64,000 bases of DNA from an uncultured Chloroflexia bacterium (GCA_963746845.1 CAVVCZ010000005.1:64001-128000); one strand, 5' to 3'; positions 1 to 10,344 are shown, counted from the stretch's first letter. Notes: a model not told the origin generated them from the sequence alone. Made by a program: numbers and translations.

Positions 1-568
1 AGCCCTTCATGTTCCAGATGGCAAAGGGAAGCGTGGTCGCGGTCACTGCCAGGGCGACGCCCCACAGCGACGTCCCGAGGTTGAAGCCACCGATCCGGAA
101 CCGGTTCATCGATACGAACAGCGGCCCGATCGTGGCGACGGCCGGCAGCATCAGGACCGCCAGGACGACGATCATCATCACCTCGCGGCCGCGGAAGTGG
201 AGGCGGGAGAACGCGTAGGCGGCGAGGATCCCGAGCCCGACACTCAGGCCGGCGATCACGACGGCGATGAAGAAGCTGTTCAGGGCCAGCTGGAGGAATG
301 TGACCGGGTTGAGGGTCGGTCGCGAGAGGACCTTCGCGTAGGCGTCGAGCGATGCCCCGGGCGGGATGATCGAGTCGGGCCGCGCGACGTTCCGCGGGTC
401 GAGCGACATCCCGACGATCCAGACGATCGGGAACAGCACGGTCAGGGCGATCCCGAGACAGACGAGCTGCAGGATGATCTGACGCCTGAGCGTCAGCCGG
501 CCGCGCGGGCGGCTCTTGGTCCGGACGCGGGCCTTCGACTCGACCTGGGCGGCGGTCTGGGCGGTCAT
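1..568 (-). CDS. Carbohydrate ABC transporter permease (MalG-like), partial at window edge
   Basis: Manual translation from ATG 568 (RBS GAGGAG): MTAQTAAQ...LFPIVWIVGMSLDP...NSFFIAVV...AAYAFSRLHFRGRE...LPFAIWNMKG; CUT1 permease motifs; follows the MalF-like gene. Confidence 0.9.
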   Translation of the reverse strand, partial: MTAQTAAQVESKARVRTKSRPRGRLTLRRQIILQLVCLGIALTVLFPIVWIVGMSLDPRNVARPDSIIPPGASLDAYAKVLSRPTLNPVTFLQLALNSFFIAVVIAGLSVGLGILAAYAFSRLHFRGREVMMIVVLAVLMLPAVATIGPLFVSMNRFRIGGFNLGTSLWGVALAVTATTLPFAIWNMKG

Positions 569-616
569 GACCGGCTCCTCCGCGTGTGGGACGCATGGCT
601 GCGAGGACGTGTCGGC

Positions 617-1630
617 TCACGCATCGAAGGATTCCGTGGCGTGGGCGAGCCTGTTGGTGACCAGCGTGATCACGAGCAGGATCAGGAACTGGAAGATCGC
701 GAACGCGGCGGCGACGCCGAAGAGATGTTGTTCGGCGACCAGCCGGAAGGCGGTCGTGACGAGGAGCTCGGTCTGGCCGAACGGCCCACCGCCGGACATG
801 AAGTACGACAGGTAGAAGAGATTGAAGGTGATGACGAAGCCGTAGATCGCGAACGGCAGCATCGCCGGCCGGAGGTACGGGAGTGTCACCGTCTTGAACT
901 GGTCCCACCAACCCGCGCCGTCCATCTCCGCAGCCTCGTACAGATCCTTGGGGACGGACTGCAGGGCACCCGTCGCGACGACGGCGTTGAGCGGCCAGCC
1001 GAGCCAGACATTGGCGGCCAGCAGGGCGAAGTAGGCGACCGGCAGGACGAACGGCCCGGCGGCGATGAGCGGGTTCGGAGTGTTCAGCCAGTCCAGCGTG
1101 AACGGCGGCAGCTTGAACAGGACACCCACCGTGCCGTTGATCAGCTGGTTGATCGCCCCGTACTGAGCGTCGAACATGTTCCGCCAGACCGTCGCGACGA
1201 TGATCGGCGGGATCGCCACCGGCAGGATGTAGACCGCCCGCCAGAACCGCTTGAACTTCAGCCCCTGGATGTTCAGCACGAGGGCGATGGTCACCCCCAC
1301 GACGACGTGGATGACCACGTTCGTCAACGCCCAGAACAGGTTGAAGACCAGGATCCGCAGGAAGTCGAAGTTCGGCAGGACGATGTTGTTGTCGAGGATC
1401 CGGGTGAAGTTGTCCAGGCCGACGAACGGCGGCGCCGGCGAGTTCGGGCGGAGATTCTTCAGCTGGAAGTCGGTGAACGACATCCAGACCTGGAAGGCAA
1501 GCGGATAGAAGGTGATGATCGCCATCAACAGGAGGGCGGGCAGCAGGAACAGGTAGGCAATCCGCGTGTTGCGGGAACGGTTCCAGAACGAGCGGCGCGG
1601 CGCGACCTGGGCAGTGGCAACGGCCGTCAT
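617..1630 (-). CDS. Carbohydrate ABC transporter permease (MalF-like)
   Basis: Multi-TM protein with EAA motif (LYEAAEMDGAGWWDQFKTVTLP). Confidence 0.93.
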   Translation of the reverse strand: MTAVATAQVAPRRSFWNRSRNTRIAYLFLLPALLLMAIITFYPLAFQVWMSFTDFQLKNLRPNSPAPPFVGLDNFTRILDNNIVLPNFDFLRILVFNLFWALTNVVIHVVVGVTIALVLNIQGLKFKRFWRAVYILPVAIPPIIVATVWRNMFDAQYGAINQLINGTVGVLFKLPPFTLDWLNTPNPLIAAGPFVLPVAYFALLAANVWLGWPLNAVVATGALQSVPKDLYEAAEMDGAGWWDQFKTVTLPYLRPAMLPFAIYGFVITFNLFYLSYFMSGGGPFGQTELLVTTAFRLVAEQHLFGVAAAFAIFQFLILLVITLVTNRLAHATESFDA

Positions 1631-1683
1631 CGCCTCTCCTCCATCTCCACGACGCCGTCTCCTGCGGCCCGGCTGGTGGCGTG

Positions 1684-1713
1684 GTGGGGGCGCCGGCGAA
1701 CCGACGCCCCCAC
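1684..1713 (-). other. GC-rich intercistronic stem-loop (UUCG loop) 3' of the binding-protein gene; likely mRNA-stabilising or partial terminator
   Basis: Minus strand GTGGGGGCGTCGG-TTCG-CCGGCGCCCCCAC; a second hairpin lies at about 1729-1763. Confidence 0.55.
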
Positions 1714-1769
1714 GTCCACGACGACTCTGGAGCGAACCCTACCGCGCGACGGGGGTCCGCTCCAAGACA

Positions 1770-3053
1770 CTACTTCCCGTTGGCCTTGTCCATCGCCGTG
1801 CACGCGTCGGCGGTGGCCTTGGTCGGGTCGGTCCCCTTGTCGATCACGGAGACCAGCGCGTTGCCGAAGTTGCCCCAGTAGTTGTTCAGCTCCTTTGCCG
1901 TGGGGCGAGCGAAGCCCTTCGGCATCAGGGCCGCGAACGCCTGGGCGATCGGATCGGCGGGCTGGAGCGTCGTGTTCGCCGGGAGGTGACCCGCGTCGGC
2001 GAAGATCTGCTCGTTGGTCGGCTGCAGGAACTGCAGGGCGAACTGCTTGGCCAGGTCGCCATTCGGCGACGAGGCGTTGATGTAGAAGCCGTCAGGAGCC
2101 GTCATCGGCGCCCAGGCGCCGACCCCCTTCGGCCCCTCGACGACCGCGAGCTTGTCGCCGAGCGCCTTCTTCAGGTCGCCTGACTGCCACGGACCGTCGA
2201 TGAAGCCGGCGATCTTCCCGGAGAGAAGGTCGGCCTTGGCGTCGTTGTCGTTCTGGTAGAAGTGCATACCGGCTGCCTTCATGTCCTGCAGCCACTTGAA
2301 GCCGTCGGCCACGCCCGTGTTGGCGGTCGCCGCGCAGGTTCCGTCGTCGTTCAGGATCTTGCCGCCGAACGTCGAGAACAGGCCCCACAGGTAGTAGGCG
2401 CCGCCGCCGTTGGCTCCGTAGACCCAGCCGAGCTTGCTGGCGTTGGCCTTCCAATCATCGATGGTCACCGGCGCCGTCGTGAGCTTGCTCGTGTCATAGA
2501 AGAGCTCGACGGCCTTCATCGACTCCGGGATCTCGTACATCTTCCCGTCGACGGTCGACGCGTTGATCGCGACGTCGCTCGAGTTGTACGGGGCGGCCTT
2601 GAGCGTCGCGCTCAGGTCGCTGACGTCCACGAGGAGGCCGTTGCGGGCCTCGGTCGGCAGGCTGTCGTTCGGGGCGATGTACATGTCCGGCCCCTGGCCG
2701 GCGGCCGCCTGCGTCTCGAAGTTCGAGAACAGGTTGTTGAATGGGACGTCGGTCACGTTCACGGTCAGACCGGGGTTGGCGGTCTTGATGTTGCCGACGA
2801 TCTTGTCGAACGCGTCCTTCTCGGCACTGCCCGACGCTCCGTACGCCTCCCAGACGCTGAGGGTGCCCGTGAGGGCCGCGGCCGTCGACGGCGCGACCGA
2901 CTCGGTTCCGCCCGAGGCGGCCGTGCTCGGCGCCGCCACGCTCGGGGCCGGCGCGCTGCTCGCCGAGGGCGTCGGCGTCGCGCCGCCGGAGCAGGCGCTC
3001 AGGACGATGGCGAACCCGGTCAGGGCGCTCGCCATCCGCAACTTCGTGTTCAT
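1770..3053 (-). CDS. Extracellular sugar-binding lipoprotein (MalE/SBP family 1)
   Basis: Lipobox LSAC, Pro/Ala/Ser linker, GPDMYIAPND, FIDGPW, PTAKELNNYWG. Confidence 0.92.
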   Translation of the reverse strand: MNTKLRMASALTGFAIVLSACSGGATPTPSASSAPAPSVAAPSTAASGGTESVAPSTAAALTGTLSVWEAYGASGSAEKDAFDKIVGNIKTANPGLTVNVTDVPFNNLFSNFETQAAAGQGPDMYIAPNDSLPTEARNGLLVDVSDLSATLKAAPYNSSDVAINASTVDGKMYEIPESMKAVELFYDTSKLTTAPVTIDDWKANASKLGWVYGANGGGAYYLWGLFSTFGGKILNDDGTCAATANTGVADGFKWLQDMKAAGMHFYQNDNDAKADLLSGKIAGFIDGPWQSGDLKKALGDKLAVVEGPKGVGAWAPMTAPDGFYINASSPNGDLAKQFALQFLQPTNEQIFADAGHLPANTTLQPADPIAQAFAALMPKGFARPTAKELNNYWGNFGNALVSVIDKGTDPTKATADACTAMDKANGK

Positions 3054-3182
3054 GGTCGGTCTTGACTCCTCCTCTGAAGCTGGTGTCGTGGCCGGTCGGA
3101 CCGGCCGAATGCCGCCCTCCGAGCGGCGGTCATCTCCGTTTCGATCGCGTGTCGGCGACCCACGGTCGTGGTCCGCGACTCG

Positions 3183-4259
3183 TCAGGCTGACGTCGGTCT
3201 GTCCGCCGGCACCTCCCCTCGATCAGGCCGGGGCCCGGTCGACGACCGGACCACCAGGCTGGTCTCCAACCGACGATGGCCGGGTGCCGGCTCGCGGCCC
3301 CCGATCATCGACAGCAGCATCCGGACCGCCTCTTCGCCCTTCCCGCGGACGGGCTGGTGGACGGTCGTCAGGGCCGGGTCGGTCGAAGCGGCGAGGTCGA
3401 CGTCGTCGAAGCCGACGACGCTGACATCACCCGGAACCCGTGCGCCCCGCTCGTGAATCGCCTGGATCGCCCCGATCGCCATTCCGTCGCTCATCGCCAG
3501 CACCGCCGTCGGGCGGCGGCCAGCGTCCCACAGGCCGCCAAGGGCGGCACGGCCGCCCTCGATGCTCGCCGGTCCGGACGCGACGAGGTCGTCCGGGACG
3601 TCGATTCCGGCGCCGGCCAGCGCCGTCCGGTAGCCGCGAAGGCGGCGGCCCACGACACCGTCGCCCGGCTCGGGCGTCGCCGAAGGGCGGTCGATCGCGA
3701 GGATCGCGAAGTCGCGGTGGCCGTGCTCGAGCAGGTGACGGGCGGCGAGCTCCGCCCCACCCTCGTCATCAACGTCGACGGATGCGACATGGTGGTTCGT
3801 GTTCGAATCGACGAGGACCATGGGCAGCCCGGCCCGGCGCACCTCGTCGATCTCCGGGTGGTCGTCGTTGAGACCGATCGCCACGACGCCGTCCACGATC
3901 GCCCGGTTGATGGCCCGCGACAGCGAGCCGTGCAGGGGCGAGATGAAGTGGAGGCCGAACCCGTGCTCCTCGGCGACCCCGGCGATGCCCGCGCTGAACG
4001 CGCCGAAGAACGGGTTGGTGAAGATGACCGACAGGTCCTGCGGGGTCAGAATGCCGATCGCGCCCGTCCGGCGCTGGGTCAGCATCCGGGCGACCGGGTC
4101 CGGCCGGTAGCCGAGCTCCTGGGCGATGCCGAGGATCCGGTGGGCCGTGGCCGCGTTGAGCCGGTCGGGGCTGTTGAAGGCGAACGACACGGCCGTCTTC
4201 GAGACGCCCGCCCGCTCGGCCACGTCGGCGATCGTCACCCGTCGCGCGACCTGCTGCAC
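3183..4259 (-). CDS. LacI-family transcriptional regulator
   Basis: HTH VTIADVAERAGVSKTAVSFAFN, C-terminal VSVVGFDD/LTTVHQP; GTG start 4259 after RBS GGAGGAG. Confidence 0.93.
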   Translation of the reverse strand: MQQVARRVTIADVAERAGVSKTAVSFAFNSPDRLNAATAHRILGIAQELGYRPDPVARMLTQRRTGAIGILTPQDLSVIFTNPFFGAFSAGIAGVAEEHGFGLHFISPLHGSLSRAINRAIVDGVVAIGLNDDHPEIDEVRRAGLPMVLVDSNTNHHVASVDVDDEGGAELAARHLLEHGHRDFAILAIDRPSATPEPGDGVVGRRLRGYRTALAGAGIDVPDDLVASGPASIEGGRAALGGLWDAGRRPTAVLAMSDGMAIGAIQAIHERGARVPGDVSVVGFDDVDLAASTDPALTTVHQPVRGKGEEAVRMLLSMIGGREPAPGHRRLETSLVVRSSTGPRPDRGEVPADRPTSA

Positions 4260-4355
4260 GCCGCTCCTCCTTCGGCCGGAACCCGTCCGCCGCCCTCCCG
4301 GATCCGCGGCTCCGAACCTCGTCGGTCGATCGCGGACGTGTATCATGGGGCGGCA

Positions 4356-4378
4356 AAACCGGTTTAGCAAACCGGTTT
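4356..4378. promoter_or_regulatory. Tandem LacI-type operator palindromes AAACCGGTTT x2
   Basis: AAACCGGTTT at 4356-4365 and 4369-4378 in an AT-rich patch between divergent lacI-family and GH57 genes. Confidence 0.75.
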
Positions 4379-4483
4379 ACGGACCCTAACAGGACGGGGC
4401 CGCGACGTCAACGGGTGCGGTCACGAAACCGGCGATGCGCCGCCCACCGGCGTGTCGCACCATGGCGGTCTCCAGGAGGATCG

Positions 4484-6655
4484 GTGACGCGTCGGATCGG
4501 GCTCGCCCTGACACTCCACAACCACCAGCCCGTGGGCAACTTCGGCTGGGTGATCGCCGAGACCTTTGAGCGGGCCTATCTCCCGATGGTCGAGGCGCTG
4601 GAGCGCCATCCGGGTGTGCATCTCGCGCTCCACTACACCGGGCCCCTGATCGCCTGGCTCCGTGCCGAGCGGCCCGAGTTCCTCGATCGACTCGGGACCC
4701 TCGTCGCCCGCAACCAGGTCGAGATCGTCGGCGGCGGCTGGTACGAGCCGGTCCTCGCCTCGCTCCCGGAGCGCGACCGGATCGCCCAGCTCCGCCGGAT
4801 GGCCGACGAGCTGGAGCGGCAGTTCGGCCGCCGGCCGACCGGCGCGTGGCTGGCGGAGCGAGTCTGGGAGCCGGACCTCCCGACGGCGCTCCGCGACGCC
4901 GGCTATGACTGGACCATCCTCGATGACGCCCATTTTCGGGCCGCCGCCATTCCGGAGGAGGCGTTGTGGGGTCCCTACACGACGGACGATCAGGGCAAGA
5001 TCATCCACGTCTACGGGACCGAGCAGGGTCTCCGCTACCACATCCCGTTCAGCCCGGTGGAGACCGTCATCGCCCACCTTCGCGATCACGCGACCGAGGC
5101 CGGCGATCGGGTCGGGACGATGGGCGACGACGGCGAGAAGTTCGGGGGGTGGCCGACGACCTACGAGCACTGCTGGACGAACCACTGGGTCGACGACTTC
5201 TTCACCGCCCTCGAGGCGAACGCCGACTGGCTCCGGACCGTGACCCCCTCACGCTGGCTCGCCGAGCACCCGGCGATCGGTCGCGTGTACGTGCCGACCG
5301 GTTCGTACGCCGAGATGGGCGAGTGGGCGCTCCCGGCCGACGAGGCGCTCGCGTACTCGCGTGCGCTGCACGAGGCCCAGGCGGCGAAGCGCCCCGATGT
5401 CCGCTGGCTCCGCGGGGCGATCTGGCGGAACTTCCAGGTCCGCTATCGCGAGATCAACGACCTCCACAAGCAGATGCTCCGGACCTCCGGGCTGGTTGCG
5501 GCGATGACGCCCGGCGCGGCACGGGACGCCGCCCTGGATCACCTCCTCGCAGGTCAGTCGAACGACCCGTACTGGCACGGGCTGTTCGGCGGGATCTACC
5601 TGCCCGACCTCCGTCTCGCGAACCACGCCAACCTGATCGCCGCCGAGGACCTTGCCATCGGCGACCGCGAACCGGACAGCGGCGTCGAGATCGACCTCGA
5701 TCTCGACGGGCGGCCCGAGGTGCTCCTGGCCAACGCCGGCGAGATCGTCGCCATCAAGCCGGACGAAGGCGGCGGGATCGGGCGCTGGGACCTCCGCGCC
5801 GCGCGGTTCGCGCTGACGGCCGTCCTCCGACGACGGCCCGAGGCGTACCACGCCAGGGTCCGGGCCCTCGATGCGCGGTCTGCCGGCGGCGACGAGCGCG
5901 ACGGCAGCGACGGCAGCGACGGCGACATCGCCTCCATCCACGACATCGTGATGGCCAAGCAGGCGGGCCTGAGCGACCACCTCCACTACGACCCGGACGA
6001 GCGGCGGTCGGGTCTCGTGCGCTTCCTCGCGCTCGACGCGACGGCGGACGATACCGCGACGGAGGTCCACGATCTGGGCGATTTCGCGTCGGGCGCCTGG
6101 GCCGTCGTCGAGCTGACCCCCGACCGGGTCGTCCTCGAACGGGACGGGATCGTCCGCCTCGACGAGACGGCCCATCCGGTCCGCGCCCGGAAGACGATCC
6201 GGGTCGCCGGCGGCCGGCTGGATCCGGAGCTGGTGGTCGAGGTGTCGGTTACGAACGCCGGCGACGGGACGCTCGACGCGCGACTGGCGGTCGAGTGGTC
6301 GACGATGCTCCTCGGCGGCGGGGGCAATCCGGCCGCGTGGCAGGAGGTCGCCGGCCGGCGCGTCGCCCACGATGCCCGGATCGACGCGGACGGGGCCGGC
6401 GACATCGCCGCCGGCAACGATTTCCTCGGGATCCGGGTGGACACCGCGCTCCAGCCGGCCGAGGACGTCTGGATCGCACCGATCGAGACGGTCTCGAACT
6501 CCGAGGGCGGCTTCGAGCTCGTCTACCAGGGCAGTGCCGCGCTGACCGGTCGGCGTGTGTCGCTCGGACCGGGCGAGCGCGCCACGATCGCGGTCGTGCA
6601 GCGTGTCGCGATCGCGGTCGATCGCGGCGTCGAGGCCAGAGTGGCCGCCGGGTGA
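4484..6655 (+). CDS. GH57 alpha-amylase / 4-alpha-glucanotransferase (DUF1925/DUF1926 C-terminal domains)
   Basis: HNHQPVGN, WLAERVWEP, GDDGEKFGGWP, QSNDPYWHGLFGGIY, ETVSNSEGGFELVYQG; GTG after AGGAGG. Confidence 0.92.
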   Translation: MTRRIGLALTLHNHQPVGNFGWVIAETFERAYLPMVEALERHPGVHLALHYTGPLIAWLRAERPEFLDRLGTLVARNQVEIVGGGWYEPVLASLPERDRIAQLRRMADELERQFGRRPTGAWLAERVWEPDLPTALRDAGYDWTILDDAHFRAAAIPEEALWGPYTTDDQGKIIHVYGTEQGLRYHIPFSPVETVIAHLRDHATEAGDRVGTMGDDGEKFGGWPTTYEHCWTNHWVDDFFTALEANADWLRTVTPSRWLAEHPAIGRVYVPTGSYAEMGEWALPADEALAYSRALHEAQAAKRPDVRWLRGAIWRNFQVRYREINDLHKQMLRTSGLVAAMTPGAARDAALDHLLAGQSNDPYWHGLFGGIYLPDLRLANHANLIAAEDLAIGDREPDSGVEIDLDLDGRPEVLLANAGEIVAIKPDEGGGIGRWDLRAARFALTAVLRRRPEAYHARVRALDARSAGGDERDGSDGSDGDIASIHDIVMAKQAGLSDHLHYDPDERRSGLVRFLALDATADDTATEVHDLGDFASGAWAVVELTPDRVVLERDGIVRLDETAHPVRARKTIRVAGGRLDPELVVEVSVTNAGDGTLDARLAVEWSTMLLGGGGNPAAWQEVAGRRVAHDARIDADGAGDIAAGNDFLGIRVDTALQPAEDVWIAPIETVSNSEGGFELVYQGSAALTGRRVSLGPGERATIAVVQRVAIAVDRGVEARVAAG

Positions 6656-8061
6656 GTCGCGGCCGGCTAGCGATCCACGCCCACTTCTATCAGCCCTCGC
6701 GCCTCGACCCGTGGACGGGTCGGGTGCCGGTCGAGCCGTCGGCCGCCCCGTTCCACGACTGGAACCAGCGGGTGGATGCCGAGTGCTACCGGCCGAATGC
6801 CGAGCGCGGCAACCTCGCCCGGATCTCGTGGAACCTCGGACCGACGCTCGCGGACTGGCTGGCCGAGGCCGACCCGGCGACGTACGGGCGGTTCGTCGCG
6901 GACAGCCGGGCCGCCAGCGCCCAGCCCTTCCACCATTCGATCCTGCCGCTCGCGTCGGCGGTGGATCGCCGGACGGAGATCGCCTGGGGGATCCGCGACT
7001 TCGAGCTGCGGTTCGGACGGAAGCCCGCCGGCATCTGGCTGCCGGAAGCCGCGGTCGACCTGCCGACCCTCCGCGAAGCCGCGGCGCAGGGGATCGCGTT
7101 CACGATCCTCGCCCCGTGGCAGGCCCACACGACGACCGGTGGCGGCATCGACACGCGCTACCCCTACCGGATCGACCTGGGTGACGATCGCCATATCGAC
7201 GTCGTCTTCTACGACGGTGGGCTGTCGGCGTCGATCTCCTTCGAGCCCGAGGCGTCGGCCGACGCCGATCGCTTCGCGCGTGAGCGGATCGCACCCCGGC
7301 TGCTGGACGGCCCGGACGCCATCGACCGTCCGATCGCGGTCATCGCGACCGACGGCGAGCTGTACGGCCACCATCAGCAGTTCCGTGACCTGTTCCTGCA
7401 ACGGCTCGTCGCTCCGGATCCCGGGGCGGATCGCGGGTACGACATCGTGACGGTCGACCAGATCGTCGCCGACGACGACGGGCATCCCCGCCCCACCGTC
7501 CGGATCGCGGAGCGAACGTCGTGGAGCTGCCATCATGGCGTGGCGCGCTGGAGCGGCGAATGCCCGGACGCCGCCGACGGACACTGGAAGGGCCCGCTCC
7601 GCGCCGCCTTCGAGCGTCTGGCGGGCGCGATCGATGCGGTCACCGCCGGTCGGCTGGCCAGCCTCCCCGGCTCCGTCGATCCGGATGCCGCGCGGGACGC
7701 CTACGTCGACGTCGCGATCGGCGCCCTGCCGGCTGCCGACTTCGCCGCGGATCGCTGGCCGGCGGCGTCGGACGACGGGCGACGCTGCGCCCTGGACCTC
7801 CTCGAGGCGCAGCGCTGGCGTCTCGCGATGTTCGCCAGCGACGGCTGGTTCTGGGACGACCCCGTCCGACCCGAGACCCGCTCGATCCTGCGGGCGGCGG
7901 CACGGGCCGTCCGGATCGTGGACGGGCTGGCCGGCACGCGGCTCGAGGCCCGGCTGGTCGACGACCTTGCGACGTTCACGTCCCCGTCGCGCGGCCTCGA
8001 CGGCGCGGCGATCTACCGGATGGCCCTCGCCGACGTCGACCAGCCGCCACCCTCAACGTGA
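6652..8061 (+). CDS. GH57-family glycoside hydrolase with DUF3536 domain
   Basis: HAHFYQP, GIWLPEAAVD, ATDGELYGHH, SWSCHHGVARW, MFASDGWFWDD; GTGA overlap with upstream gene. Confidence 0.88.
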   Translation: MSRGRLAIHAHFYQPSRLDPWTGRVPVEPSAAPFHDWNQRVDAECYRPNAERGNLARISWNLGPTLADWLAEADPATYGRFVADSRAASAQPFHHSILPLASAVDRRTEIAWGIRDFELRFGRKPAGIWLPEAAVDLPTLREAAAQGIAFTILAPWQAHTTTGGGIDTRYPYRIDLGDDRHIDVVFYDGGLSASISFEPEASADADRFARERIAPRLLDGPDAIDRPIAVIATDGELYGHHQQFRDLFLQRLVAPDPGADRGYDIVTVDQIVADDDGHPRPTVRIAERTSWSCHHGVARWSGECPDAADGHWKGPLRAAFERLAGAIDAVTAGRLASLPGSVDPDAARDAYVDVAIGALPAADFAADRWPAASDDGRRCALDLLEAQRWRLAMFASDGWFWDDPVRPETRSILRAAARAVRIVDGLAGTRLEARLVDDLATFTSPSRGLDGAAIYRMALADVDQPPPST

Positions 8062-8868
8062 CGCCGGCACGGGCTCGGGCATGACGGTCAGGCTGACCAC
8101 CTCGGTCGGCGCTCCCTTGCCCTTCAGGTCGAGCGTCCGCCGGGAGAGCGCGGAGTCCAGGCCCGCGGCGATCGCGGCCTCGATCGTGACGAGCACCTCG
8201 CCCGCACTCGCCACGGCAGCGAGTCGAGCCGTGGTGTTGACGATATCGCCGACGGCGGTCAGCTCCGTGTGGGCCTCGTCGCCGACGGCGCCGACCCAGG
8301 CCCGGCCGGTGTGGACGCCGGCTCCGACCGGGACCCAGGGCCCGCCGGGATCGGCGTGGCCGGTCGCCGTGAGGATCCCTGTGCCGGCCGCGAGCGCTTC
8401 GGCTGCGTAGCGGTCGCCGCTCAGGAGCGGAAAGAAGAGGGCCATCACCTCGTCCCCGACGAACTTGTCGATCATCCCGTCGTGATCGAAGACGACGGCC
8501 GAAGCCGTCGTGTAGAAGCGATCGAGTCGACTCCGGAACGCGGCGGCCGACATGCCTTCCGCCATCGACGTGGAGCCCCGGATATCAGCGAACAGGATCG
8601 TGCAGTCAATCTCTGCCCCACCGTGATGCTCGGTCATGAAGTCGAAGCAGCTGGAACACATCGCCGGGTTCATCTCGGATGGCCGCTTGCCGATCATCCG
8701 CATGACCCGCCCGCCGGCACCGGCGAACGGTGCGGCGCAGAGCCGGCAGCGCGGCCCGTGCGGAATGCGCTTGAGGAGCATCCGGCCCTTGTGCTCCCGG
8801 CTGTCGCCGCGGGTCAGGAAGTCGTACCAGAACGCCTCGTCACGGCGAGGCGTCGACGGATCGGGCAT
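8053..8868 (-). CDS. Class III adenylate/guanylate cyclase with N-terminal CxxC...CxxC module
   Basis: ILFADIRGST, IDKFVGDEVM, TAVGDIVNTTARL; N-terminal CRLC and CSSC; ATG after GGAGG. Confidence 0.88.
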   Translation of the reverse strand: MPDPSTPRRDEAFWYDFLTRGDSREHKGRMLLKRIPHGPRCRLCAAPFAGAGGRVMRMIGKRPSEMNPAMCSSCFDFMTEHHGGAEIDCTILFADIRGSTSMAEGMSAAAFRSRLDRFYTTASAVVFDHDGMIDKFVGDEVMALFFPLLSGDRYAAEALAAGTGILTATGHADPGGPWVPVGAGVHTGRAWVGAVGDEAHTELTAVGDIVNTTARLAAVASAGEVLVTIEAAIAAGLDSALSRRTLDLKGKGAPTEVVSLTVMPEPVPASR

Positions 8869-9063
8869 GCCTCCACCACGGTAAGCCGGTCCTGCAAGGC
8901 CGCCGTCTCTCCCGAATCTGTGGCGAATTCGACACGATTCCTCCACGACCATCTGGTTGAGAGACTGGCCCGCTCGCCCGACGATTGTCGCGCGGCCGCA
9001 CCGGCCGCCGGCACCGCCCGATCCGGTCGCGCCGATGGCGCGCCAGCCCGTGATGACACCCTC

Positions 9064-9999
9064 GTGATCTCGAACCTCGGCAACAGCCTCAAGACCTGGA
9101 CCCTGCTCGCCGCTCTCGGCGGCCTCCTCATCGCCGTCGGCGGCCTCCTCGGCGGCCGCGGTGGCCTCGTTCTCGCCCTGTTCTTTGCCATCGCGATGAA
9201 CGTCTTCGTCTACTGGAAGAGCGATGCGCTCGCCCTGAAGGCGAACGGCGCCCGCGAGCTCCGTCCGGACGAGCAGCCCCGCCTCCGCCAGATCGTCGCG
9301 GACCTCGCGAACCGCGCCGGCCTGCCGATGCCGCGCCTGTATATCGTCGACCGGCCCGAGCCCAACGCGTTCGCGACCGGGCGCAACCCGGACCATGCCG
9401 CCGTCGCGGTGACGACCGGCATCCTCGAGCTCATGGACGAGCGCGAGCTCCGGGGCGTCCTCGCCCACGAGCTCTCGCACGTGAAGAACCGCGACACGCT
9501 GATCGGCACGATCGCCGCGACGGTCGGCGGCGCGATCAGCTTCCTCGCCCAGATGGCCCAGTTCCAGATGCTGTTCGGCGGCCGCGACGATCGCAACGGC
9601 GGCGGCTTCGGCGCCCTGATCGCGATCATCCTCGCCCCGATCGCGGCGCTGATCATCCAGCTCGCGGTGTCCCGTGGCCGCGAGTACGGGGCGGATCGAT
9701 CCGGGGCCCTGCTGACGGGCGATCCGGAGGGTCTCGCGTCGGCGCTCCAGGAGCTCGACACGGCCAACCGGGCCCGGCCAGGGCTCCTCGACCGGTTCGG
9801 CCGGCGCCCGATCGGACGAGGCCAGCCGCAGCCGATGCCGGCCCTGGCCGCGAACCCGGCGTTCGCCCACCTCTACATCGTCAACCCGCTGTCCGGCCGG
9901 GACGTCGGGAGCCTCTTCTCGACCCATCCCCCGATCGCCGATCGGATCGCGCGTCTCCGGGCCATGCGCGCCGGAGCCGTGGAGACCCGCTCCTTCTAG
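9064..9999 (+). CDS. htpX: Zinc metalloprotease HtpX (M48)
   Basis: PNAFATGRNP, AHELSH, SRGREYGAD, LFSTHPP; start position approximate. Confidence 0.92.
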   Translation: MISNLGNSLKTWTLLAALGGLLIAVGGLLGGRGGLVLALFFAIAMNVFVYWKSDALALKANGARELRPDEQPRLRQIVADLANRAGLPMPRLYIVDRPEPNAFATGRNPDHAAVAVTTGILELMDERELRGVLAHELSHVKNRDTLIGTIAATVGGAISFLAQMAQFQMLFGGRDDRNGGGFGALIAIILAPIAALIIQLAVSRGREYGADRSGALLTGDPEGLASALQELDTANRARPGLLDRFGRRPIGRGQPQPMPALAANPAFAHLYIVNPLSGRDVGSLFSTHPPIADRIARLRAMRAGAVETRSF

Positions 10000-10133
10000 C
10001 CTCGTCGACGGGTGATCGCCCGGATCGCCCGCGGTTCGGTCCAGGAATCCAACAGCCCGCGGCCTGCGCGCCGCGGGCTGTTTGGTTCACCGTCGCGGGG
10101 AGGCGCGACGGCGGTAGATTGTCGGAGGACGGT

Positions 10134-10256
10134 TCAGGCGAGCGCGAAGCTCGACTGGTCGTTCGGATCGAGGTTGGTGGTCCGGGAGTCGGCGCCCCAC
10201 GCCTGGGCGGCGATGCCGATCAGCGCGAGGACTGCGACGAGAAGGAGGAATTCCAT
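10134..10256 (-). CDS. Small single-TM peptide (40 aa) with WGADSR motif, below ORF-track cutoff
   Basis: MEFLLLVAVLALIGIAAQAWGADSRTTNLDPNDQSSFALA; AAGGTG upstream; alternative ATG at 10277; GC3-rich codons. Confidence 0.65.
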   Translation of the reverse strand: MEFLLLVAVLALIGIAAQAWGADSRTTNLDPNDQSSFALA

Positions 10257-10286
10257 CGCGTTCACCTTGGGTTCCATTTGGTACAG

Positions 10287-10344
10287 TTGACTAGGCCAAA
10301 ACAGTACTTGGACTATCGGACTATGTCAATTGGACAAACGTCCA
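10287..10344 (+). promoter_or_regulatory. Probable gntR promoter and autoregulatory sites
   Basis: TTGACT (10287) ... GACTAT (10311) 6 nt before ATG 10323; direct repeat GGACTAT x2; inverted repeat TGGAC-N4-GTCCA 10331-10344. Confidence 0.5.

Noticed and set aside
5900-5923. 9-bp tandem repeat GACGGCAGC in the GH57 gene
   Set aside because: In-frame low-complexity loop (DGSDGSDG); no sign of phase variation.
8869-9063. HspR (HAIR) or CIRCE operator upstream of htpX
   Set aside because: TTGAG is present but the matching inverted half-site is not.
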